Source of the DNA: Pyrinomonadaceae bacterium
GTDB lineage: Bacteria; Acidobacteriota; Blastocatellia; Pyrinomonadales; Pyrinomonadaceae
NCBI GenBank assembly: GCA_035537095.1
Contig: DATLMV010000044.1
Coordinates: 41 to 64,040 of the forward strand
Reading direction: 5' to 3'
DNA: 64,000 nt
The position numbers and the translations under genes were made by a program. Numbering within the stretch: position 1 is the stretch's first letter; the number at the start of each line of letters is the position of its first letter. This document shows positions 7,731-14,750 of the stretch, piece after piece. A model generated the notes under the pieces. The model was given only the letters and a program-made list of their open reading frames with translations, made no database searches and was not told the DNA's origin.

Positions 7731-8426
7731 TCAACCGAATCCGGCGGAAGGAATATTGTTCGACAAGACTTCGAGGAACTGCTGCGAACTGATGAGCCGA
7801 TCGAGCGGCAACTCCGCGAACCCCGGCGGGGCTTCGATAACCAGCACTCGGCCTTGATTGGTCTTTTCGTCCGACAACCAGAAAGCCTCGATGCGATACG
7901 ACGGCACGGTCAACAGGCGGACGAGCAGTTTATCCTCGACGTGCCGGTCTATCCACTTGATTGCTCTCTCGATGCTTTCCGCCAGCGGCGAGGAGAAAAA
8001 TTCGCGCACGCTCGAACTCTTCGGTTCGCTCTCGTCAATAACCGAACGCGCGAAGGCTTTCGCCACCCCGTCGAACTTTATCTGGTGATGCCAGCGTCCG
8101 GTGTTCTTCGCCAAGTCCGCGAGCGGGTCGCCGCCGCCGTCGCCGTCCTCCGGCTGCTTGTAAGCGCGAATCCCGTCAGTCCCGAGCGTGTAGAGCGAGA
8201 AACTCTCGCCGCAGCGAATCTCATTCGGCGGCGGCGTCGTCGTAGGCTCCTCGCCGCGCGTCCCGGAGTCCGGCGGCAGACCTCTCGTGGCGGTCGCGGG
8301 GGGAGAACCTTCGGGAGCGTTGCCCGCATCAGTCGCACGCACGTCCGCGCCGCCGACGAAATATCCCAACTGGTTGCGGATGGCCTTCAAACCGCGCTTG
8401 GATATCGGGTCAGGGTAAGTCCTCAT
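7731..8426 (-). CDS. Hypothetical protein (partner of upstream cysteine peptidase)
   Basis: Track ORF 7731..8474 trimmed to the ATG at 8426-8424 (MRTYPDPISKRGLK...), 231 aa. This ATG shares one base with the upstream gene's TGA (8428-8426). I recognise no family. The N-terminal ~80 aa is Pro/Thr/Gly-rich, followed by a ~150-aa globular-looking part. Confidence 0.55.
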   Translation of the reverse strand: MRTYPDPISKRGLKAIRNQLGYFVGGADVRATDAGNAPEGSPPATATRGLPPDSGTRGEEPTTTPPPNEIRCGESFSLYTLGTDGIRAYKQPEDGDGGGDPLADLAKNTGRWHHQIKFDGVAKAFARSVIDESEPKSSSVREFFSSPLAESIERAIKWIDRHVEDKLLVRLLTVPSYRIEAFWLSDEKTNQGRVLVIEAPPGFAELPLDRLISSQQFLEVLSNNIPSAGFG

Positions 8427-9142
8427 CAGATTCCTCCGTCTTTGCGCCGCAAGCCCGTCCAAGTGTGCAGCCATTGGCCGTCGTTGTTGTATGCGACTCG
8501 CAAGCTATCGTAACTGACTCGGCTATCCACAGGCGGGCCTTCGCCGGGGCCGTAGTCCTGAAAGGGGTCGAGGATGATAAAGAAATCCTCCGCGACGCCT
8601 CCGGGCTGCGGCACGGAGACCCAACCTTCGACCAGAATCACATGCCCGCGCACGTCGTCAGCGGTCGAGCCGTCCCACTCGAAGCCAACCTGCACGGGTC
8701 GGCCCTCGTTAATCTCCTGCTTGAGCGCGTCGGGCGCGATGCGTCCCGTGCGTTGGGCGTCGAGGTTGAGAAAATTTTTGAACAGCGTGTCAATCTCCTC
8801 GACCGACTCGCAGGTCGTCTCGACGCATTCGGATATGTTGTCCACCTGCGCCACGCAACAGTCCAACCCGACGGGCTTTCCGTGCAGCGTCTCCCGCACG
8901 AAACCGACGAGATGACACATCCGTCTGGGCGTTGCGCTGTCGAGAAAGCGTCCGAGCATCGTGCCGCACGCCGCCCAACACCATTTCCTCCGGTTGCCCT
9001 GCCTGATGCGCTGCACGCCGAGAGGATTGGTGAACTGCGGCGCGGGCGTGATGTCGCGCGTGGCTGTGGCGCGCGTGGCCCGGCGCGCGGCGCGGGGCCG
9101 CTTCGGCGTGATGATCAATCCGTCGGAGATCTCCAAAGGCAT
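8426..9142 (-). CDS. Papain-fold cysteine peptidase (C39-like / C70-like)
   Basis: 238 aa, no signal peptide. QGNRRKWCWAACGTML (Gln plus nucleophile Cys), GHVILVEGW (His) and FFIILDPF (Asp) form the papain-like Q/C/H/D pattern. The CWxAC motif is reminiscent of the C39_2 and AvrRpt2-type families. Confidence 0.6.
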   Translation of the reverse strand: MPLEISDGLIITPKRPRAARRATRATATRDITPAPQFTNPLGVQRIRQGNRRKWCWAACGTMLGRFLDSATPRRMCHLVGFVRETLHGKPVGLDCCVAQVDNISECVETTCESVEEIDTLFKNFLNLDAQRTGRIAPDALKQEINEGRPVQVGFEWDGSTADDVRGHVILVEGWVSVPQPGGVAEDFFIILDPFQDYGPGEGPPVDSRVSYDSLRVAYNNDGQWLHTWTGLRRKDGGI

Positions 9143-9561
9143 TGCGTTTCACCTCGCTGGCCGAGATTACAGCGTTTGAAAGTTTTCGCGTTGCTTGCCG
9201 TGCGGAGAGTTTGCGCCGGTCGTTCGCCGCACTCTCGGACGAGCGACCGTATCAGGTGTGCATCTGCTGGCGAGCGCGAGTGGCAGTTCTGAGTATCGCG
9301 CCCGTTCTCCGGGGCAAGCCGGTCGCCGTGCTAAAACGCGGCGGCGCTACTTTAATCCAAATCTTCTTACTCTGGCATATCTAAATGACGATTTCCGGCG
9401 AAACATTTCTACTCACCCCGAAAACCCTTTCGCGCTCTCCCGCATCCGCCGACAAAATAAGCGACCGCGACGCCCGCTCAAGCGTTTGTTCTTTCGACGC
9501 GACCTACACTACTCTACTGCTCGCCCGGCCCGTTCAAAATCAGAGGTTGGTCACGGAGAGA

Positions 9562-9603
9562 CCCTTTAAACTTTTGCCTTCTAACTTTTCACTTTTGCCT
9601 TTG
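9562..9603 (+). repeat. Single pyrimidine-rich block (CTTTTGCC type) abutting the rtcA start
   Basis: ccctttaaacttttgccttctaacttttcacttttgcctttg ends 4 nt before the rtcA ATG. Closely resembles 62401-62440 and the right arm at 33871-33887. Confidence 0.7.
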
Positions 9604-9607
9604 TATC

Positions 9608-10657
9608 ATGCTCACGATTGACGGTTCACAGGGGGAGGGCGGCGGGCAGATTATTCGCACGTCGCTCGCGCTCGCGCTCGTGACGGGCACGCCGTTTCGC
9701 ATCTACAACGTGCGCGCGCGCCGCGACCGGCCCGTACTCCAACGACAACACCTGACGGCGGTCAACGCGGCGGCGGCCATCGGTCGCGCCCGCGTTGAGG
9801 GCGCGCGTGTCGGCGCGAGCGAGTTCACTTTCGTGCCCGGTGAAGTCGCGGCGGGCGAGTACGCGTTCGACATCGGCACGGCGGGCAGTACGACGCTCGT
9901 TCTCCAGACCGTGCTGCCGCCCCTGATGCTCGCCGCCGCGCCGAGCCTGCTCACGCTCGAAGGCGGCACGCACAACTCCCACGCGCCGCCCTTCGAGTTC
10001 ATCGAGCGGACTTTCCTGCCGCTCTTGGCCCGCACGGGCGCGCGCATCACGGCGCAGTTGGAGCGTTACGGTTTTTATCCGCGCGGCGGCGGGCGCATCG
10101 CCGTCATGATCGAGCCTGCCGCAAACTTTCTCCGGCTCGACATCCGCGCGCGCGGCCCGGTTCGCACGCAACGCGCCCGCGCGCTCGTCGTCAATCTACC
10201 GCCCGCCATCGCCGAGCGCGAACTTTCAATCATCCGGCGCGAGTTGGGTTGGAGCGATGAACAACTGCGCGTCGAGACATCCGACAACGCGTACAGCGCG
10301 GGCAACGTCGTCACCATCGAGATCGAGAGCGATCACGTCAACGAAATCCTGACCGCCATCGGCGAGCGCGGCGTGCGTGCCGAAATCATCGCCGAACGCG
10401 TCGCGAAAGAGGCCCGCCGCTATCTCTCGATTGACGCCCCCATCGGCGAACACCTCGCAGACCAACTGCTCCTGCCCCTCGCGCTCGCGCGCGGCGGCTC
10501 CTACACCACCGGCCCGCTCTCCCTGCACACCACCACCAACATCGAAATCATCAAAAAATTTCTCCCCCTAGAAATTCAGACCTCGCAAGTTAAAAACGAA
10601 GTGTGGAAGATAGAGATTCCGGCAGGATGGAAAGAGAGCGCAGAGGGAAAAGGTTAA
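9608..10657 (+). CDS. rtcA: RNA 3'-terminal phosphate cyclase
   Basis: 349 aa. MLTIDGSQGEGGGQIIRTSLALALVTGTPFRIYNVRARR..., QHLTAV, GTAGSTTLVLQTVLP, and the catalytic-His region IGEHLADQLLLPLAL. Full-length match to the RtcA pattern. Confidence 0.9.
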   Translation: MLTIDGSQGEGGGQIIRTSLALALVTGTPFRIYNVRARRDRPVLQRQHLTAVNAAAAIGRARVEGARVGASEFTFVPGEVAAGEYAFDIGTAGSTTLVLQTVLPPLMLAAAPSLLTLEGGTHNSHAPPFEFIERTFLPLLARTGARITAQLERYGFYPRGGGRIAVMIEPAANFLRLDIRARGPVRTQRARALVVNLPPAIAERELSIIRRELGWSDEQLRVETSDNAYSAGNVVTIEIESDHVNEILTAIGERGVRAEIIAERVAKEARRYLSIDAPIGEHLADQLLLPLALARGGSYTTGPLSLHTTTNIEIIKKFLPLEIQTSQVKNEVWKIEIPAGWKESAEGKG

Positions 10658-10726
10658 AGGGTTAAAAGGGAAAAGAGAGAGCATTCGTCTTTACCCCTTC
10701 CCCTTTTAACCCTTTAACCTTTTCCC
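10645..10726. terminator. Perfect 26-bp inverted repeat (GGGTAAA/TTAAAGGG type) between convergent rtcA and the PBP/SpoIID gene
   Basis: 10645-10670 gggaaaaggttaaagggttaaaaggg is the exact reverse complement of 10701-10726, with a 30-nt loop. The left arm contains the rtcA stop codon (10655-10657). Confidence 0.6.
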
Positions 10727-10769
10727 CTTCATCTGTTTTATAACCTGTGTTGAATCGTTCGTGAATTGA

Positions 10770-13742
10770 TTAGCCGCGCGCGATGCGTCGCCAGAGGTTG
10801 GCTTCGCCGACGCTGCGGATGAGCGCGCTGACTTCGCGGAAGGCGGCGGCGTAGAGCGTGCGCATCTCCTGCGCGGAGGCGGGCTGTTGGAGTTTTCGTT
10901 CGAGTTCGACGGGCGGGATTTTGGTTCGCGGCGCGGAGCGCGAGAGCAGCGCGCCCTCTCCGGCGACGTAGGCGGCGAGACCTTCGGTGAGCCAGCGCGG
11001 CGTGCGCCCGCGCCCGAGCGTTTCGACGACCGTATGGATGTACTCGTGCCGCAAGGTGGTCTCCAACACGCCGCGACGTGTGAGCGCGTCGAGCGGTTGA
11101 GATTCGATGCGGCGTCCGCGCGTCGCCGCCGCGACCCACGCGGGCTGTCCCGTCGCCGCGACGAAATCGGCGGTCGTCTCATGCACAACCAACTCAAGCG
11201 CCGCCGTCGCTTCGAGACGAACGGAGGCCACCGCCAAACGCCTGAGCGCGTCGGCGCGCGCCGCTTCCAGCGTGCGGAGCGCGCGCTCCACATCCCGCCG
11301 CGCCGCCTGCGCCGGATAGCTCACGCGGAAGTTCCCGCTCGACAAAGTGAGACGCGCAGGCGCAGACGCGCGGCGACGCGCTGACGAGTCCATGCGGCGG
11401 GGCGACGACGGGGCGACGGGCGGATGCTCACGCGCGAGCGGATGCGACGTGAGAGAAGGACGCGGCGCGAGAGTCGGCGTCACGCTCCGGCTTAAGAGAA
11501 CATCCGCACTCCACGTTCGCGCGTCGTCCGGTGTTTCAAACGGCGCGCTTCTCAACGTGCTCTCGTCGCTGCTTCGCCGCCCGCCCGCGTCCGTCGCTTC
11601 GTTCGTCGCGGTGTCATGACGTTTACGCGCGCCCGCGTCGTCTTTGATGTCGCGGCTGGGAATCGTGCCGTGAAAATAGTGTTCGAGAATTTGGCGATAG
11701 GATGCGCCGCGACGGGCCATGACGTGCGCGCCCAACTGGCAGAGGCCGAGGCCGTGACCGAAACCGCTGCCGCGAAAGACGAAGTTCGCGCCCGCGCGCG
11801 CGACCTCAAAACGCGTGCTCTTGATGACGTTCCAGCCGAGCGTGCGACCGACGATGATCTTGAAATCCCAACCGCGCACGAGCCTGCGTCGCTCTCCTTC
11901 GAGCGCGAGCATCTCGGCGCGCCCGCTGGCGTCGCGTTTGACGATGCGCAGGTTATCGAGGCGCGCGCCCGTATCGGTGCGCGGGTCGCTGCGGAGGGCG
12001 CGCAGGAGTTGCGCGTGGGGAATCGTGTCCGTCCAACTGCGATGCGCTTCGCCCGCGCAGAAATCGTCGCGCATCCCGCGCAGGTACGCGGGCGCGGGGC
12101 GCACGCCCCAGAGCGACTCGACGTTGGCGGTCGCGCCGCCGCAGGCCGCGCTGAAATATGCGTCGGCGACGCGGCCCTCGCGGTCGCGCAGGTGCTCGCC
12201 CGTCGTTTCATCTATGGCGCGGTGGAGCAGTTCGTAGAAGCTCGCGCGGACGCTCTCGTCGGGGACGGCGACGAAGCGTTGACAATGCGTGTTGTTGCAG
12301 AGGTCGTAGCCGTCGCGCGCGTGGCGGTTCAGGTTCTTGAGCGCGTAGGTGCGACTGATGACGGCCTGCGCCTTCAAGGCTTCAAACTCGTCTTCCGTGC
12401 TCGCTTCGGCGGCGAGCACGCCGAACACGTAATCATCCAGAGACATCACATGCGTCGCATCGTCGCGCACGATGCGGACGCGAACCCTCGAAGATGCAGC
12501 GCGGGACGATGCAGAGAGAGCGGGCGACGTTGATCTCTCGTCTTGCGCTTGACCGTCATCGCGTTGCCGCGTCGCCGCGTCGTCGCTGCGTGCATCTGCG
12601 TCCGCGTCGGCGCGTCTCTTGGCATACTCCTGAAAGATCGGGCGGGCGAGTTCGGCGCATTCCGAACCGTGCGCGCGTTTGAGAAAGACGAGGACGGCGA
12701 GGCGCACCGATGCGGGCGCGACCTTCTCCGCCGACGCGCGCGCCGTCTCGACGCCCGTGCGGTCGGAGGCGAAGCCGACGAACCAACCTTGCGTGCGGAA
12801 ATCGTCGGCGGGCGTCGAGGTTCCGGTCTTGCCGAAGACGTGTAGCGGGAGCGCGCTCAAACCGGCGCGCGCGGCTGTGCCGTAGGCGACCGCGCCGCGC
12901 ATCCCCGAGAGCAGGAGCGCGCGATGCGCGGGCGCGATGTCGAGCGTGGAGCGCGTGCGCGGCGCGAAGTCGCGTGCGGGCGCGCGCTGCGGGACGTATA
13001 GATGGCCGCCGTTGACGAGCGCGGCGTAGGCCGTGATGAGTTGGATGGGGGTAACGTGCAACTGCTGGCTCTCGCCGAGCGCGATGCTCTCGTGCCATTG
13101 GCCCGCACGCGGGAGAAGCCCTGCGGCCTCGTGTTCGTCGCCGATGCCGGTCGGCGCGCCGAAGCCGAAGGATTGAAGCGTCGGGTTAAAAGTGTTCTCG
13201 TCAAGACGTTGACCGAGTTTGGAGAAATAGTAGTTGCAGGAATAGGCGAGCGCCTGCACGGGATTGAAGGGCGGACGAAAGAGCGGGTGCGCGCAATGGA
13301 TGTCGTATGTGCCGCGACGGTATCGCTGGCGACAGAGGACGCGCGCGGAGTCGTCGAGGATTCCGGCGCGGAGAGCGGCGAGCGTCGTGAAGGGCTTGAT
13401 GGTGGAACCGGGCGGGAGCGCCTCCCCGGTAGCGAAGCGCGCATTGACGACGGCGCGCACGCGCCCGTTCTGCGGGTCGAGCAGGATAATCGTGCCCTCT
13501 CGATTGCCGAGCGCGCTCGTCGCCGCGCGTTGCAGGGCGCGGTCTGTCTCGTCCTCGACGACGTTCGCATCTCTCTGCGGCGCGCGCGTCGAATCCGCGA
13601 AGCGCGCGGGCAGCGACCAAGAGCAGAGCGCGGCGACGCAGACGCAGACGTGCAGGAGTCCGTGCGAGGCGCGCGGCAGACGGGCGCGCGCGCGGCGCGC
13701 TTCCGTCAAGATGCGCTGCGCGGATTCGCGTACTCGTCTCAT
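10770..13742 (-). CDS. Fusion protein: penicillin-binding transpeptidase domain + SpoIID/LytB domain + MA-like (HExxH) peptidase domain
   Basis: 990 aa. N-terminal anchor, then the SxxK (STIKPF), SxN (YSCN) and KTG (FGKTGTS) motifs. SpoIID-type segment (AQAVISRTYALKNL...NNTHCQRF...SAACGGATANVESLWG...GHGLGLCQLGAHVMA). C-terminal LRHEYIHTVVE...WLTEGLAAYVAGEG. Confidence 0.8.
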   Translation of the reverse strand: MRRVRESAQRILTEARRARARLPRASHGLLHVCVCVAALCSWSLPARFADSTRAPQRDANVVEDETDRALQRAATSALGNREGTIILLDPQNGRVRAVVNARFATGEALPPGSTIKPFTTLAALRAGILDDSARVLCRQRYRRGTYDIHCAHPLFRPPFNPVQALAYSCNYYFSKLGQRLDENTFNPTLQSFGFGAPTGIGDEHEAAGLLPRAGQWHESIALGESQQLHVTPIQLITAYAALVNGGHLYVPQRAPARDFAPRTRSTLDIAPAHRALLLSGMRGAVAYGTAARAGLSALPLHVFGKTGTSTPADDFRTQGWFVGFASDRTGVETARASAEKVAPASVRLAVLVFLKRAHGSECAELARPIFQEYAKRRADADADARSDDAATRQRDDGQAQDERSTSPALSASSRAASSRVRVRIVRDDATHVMSLDDYVFGVLAAEASTEDEFEALKAQAVISRTYALKNLNRHARDGYDLCNNTHCQRFVAVPDESVRASFYELLHRAIDETTGEHLRDREGRVADAYFSAACGGATANVESLWGVRPAPAYLRGMRDDFCAGEAHRSWTDTIPHAQLLRALRSDPRTDTGARLDNLRIVKRDASGRAEMLALEGERRRLVRGWDFKIIVGRTLGWNVIKSTRFEVARAGANFVFRGSGFGHGLGLCQLGAHVMARRGASYRQILEHYFHGTIPSRDIKDDAGARKRHDTATNEATDAGGRRSSDESTLRSAPFETPDDARTWSADVLLSRSVTPTLAPRPSLTSHPLAREHPPVAPSSPRRMDSSARRRASAPARLTLSSGNFRVSYPAQAARRDVERALRTLEAARADALRRLAVASVRLEATAALELVVHETTADFVAATGQPAWVAAATRGRRIESQPLDALTRRGVLETTLRHEYIHTVVETLGRGRTPRWLTEGLAAYVAGEGALLSRSAPRTKIPPVELERKLQQPASAQEMRTLYAAAFREVSALIRSVGEANLWRRIARG

Positions 13743-13775
13743 CGTTGCTTCATGAAGGAATTGCTATATGAAAGT

Positions 13776-14720
13776 TTATGCCTGCGCTCCGGCGTTCGGC
13801 GCGGGCGGCGTGTGCGCGTCGGGCGTCGCGGCGTCGTGCGTCGCGGCACGAGTGGTCGTCGCGGCGGCGGCGGCGTTTGTCGTCGCGTCATCATTTGTCG
13901 TCGTCGTCGCTGCGGAAGCGAGATGCGTTCCGGCGTCGAGGGAGATTCGGGTGAGCGCGCCGAGGGTGATCGTCCAGCCCCAGAGGGTGAAGACGAAGGC
14001 GAGCGCGAGACGGAGGCCGAAGATGGCGAGTTCGAGCCAGCCGTTCGACGTGCCGGTGCGCGTGTAGATGAGGAAGTAGGGCATGAGGGCGAAGACGACG
14101 AAGCCGACTGTGTAGATGAAGACCGAGGGCGCGGAGAAGGCGCGGGCGATTGTGCGGAAGAAGTTTCTGAACGTCGCTTTGAAGCCTTCGCGCGCCGTCG
14201 CAATCCAGAGATGGACGCCCGCGAGCGGGACAAGGATGCCGAGCAAGAGGAGTTTGAGCGCGGCGAAGATGAACGTCTGCCAGCGCAGGGGCGGCGGGGG
14301 CGGCGTCTGCGGGTAGGGCGCGTATGCGCGCGTCGCGTCGGCTGCTTCGGGCACGGGGAAGCGCACCTGTAGTTTGTTGATGAGATAGAAGACGAGGACG
14401 GCGAGCGCGACGAGCGGGAGGCTGACGAGGATCAGTTTCCAGAAGTCGCGGAGCGCGCGCCGGAGCAACGCGCCCGCGCCCGCGTCTGTCCCCGCGTAGC
14501 CGACGCACGCGGCTTGCAGGATGAAGAACAGGAGCGGCGCGGCGAGCGCGAGCAAGCCCGTCAGGACAAGCTGCGGGAGGGTCGCCTCTTTGGTCGAGAA
14601 GAAGAGATAGAGCGAGGCGAGCAAGCCCGCGTAGAGCAGATGGAAGAGGGCGAGCGCGCTCCTGTTGCCGAGCAGTTCGCGCGCCGCCGTGCCGATGGCC
14701 GTCAATGCGTTCTTAAACAT
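13776..14720 (-). CDS. Polytopic membrane protein, hypothetical
   Basis: 314 aa with about 7 hydrophobic helices and a Thr/Ala-rich C-terminal tail. Sits between the A2M gene and the PBP/SpoIID fusion on the same strand. Confidence 0.6.
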   Translation of the reverse strand: MFKNALTAIGTAARELLGNRSALALFHLLYAGLLASLYLFFSTKEATLPQLVLTGLLALAAPLLFFILQAACVGYAGTDAGAGALLRRALRDFWKLILVSLPLVALAVLVFYLINKLQVRFPVPEAADATRAYAPYPQTPPPPPLRWQTFIFAALKLLLLGILVPLAGVHLWIATAREGFKATFRNFFRTIARAFSAPSVFIYTVGFVVFALMPYFLIYTRTGTSNGWLELAIFGLRLALAFVFTLWGWTITLGALTRISLDAGTHLASAATTTTNDDATTNAAAAATTTRAATHDAATPDAHTPPAPNAGAQA

Positions 14721-14750
14721 CTTTCACTCCTTACACACTCAAACGCGGTC

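Noticed and set aside
9195-9569. 124-aa ORF in the rtcA leader, and 9142..9384 (80 aa)
   Set aside because: Arg/Ser/Pro-rich composition, no start context, and it spans the GC-poor repeat-containing leader. I treat the region as non-coding.
9143-9607. Sigma-54 (RtcR-dependent) promoter upstream of rtcA
   Set aside because: I looked for TGGCAC-N5-TTGC. Only weak partial matches were found (tggcatatctaaatg at about 9375; gtggcagttctgagt at about 9280), and both lack the -12 TTGC element. No rtcR gene is present.
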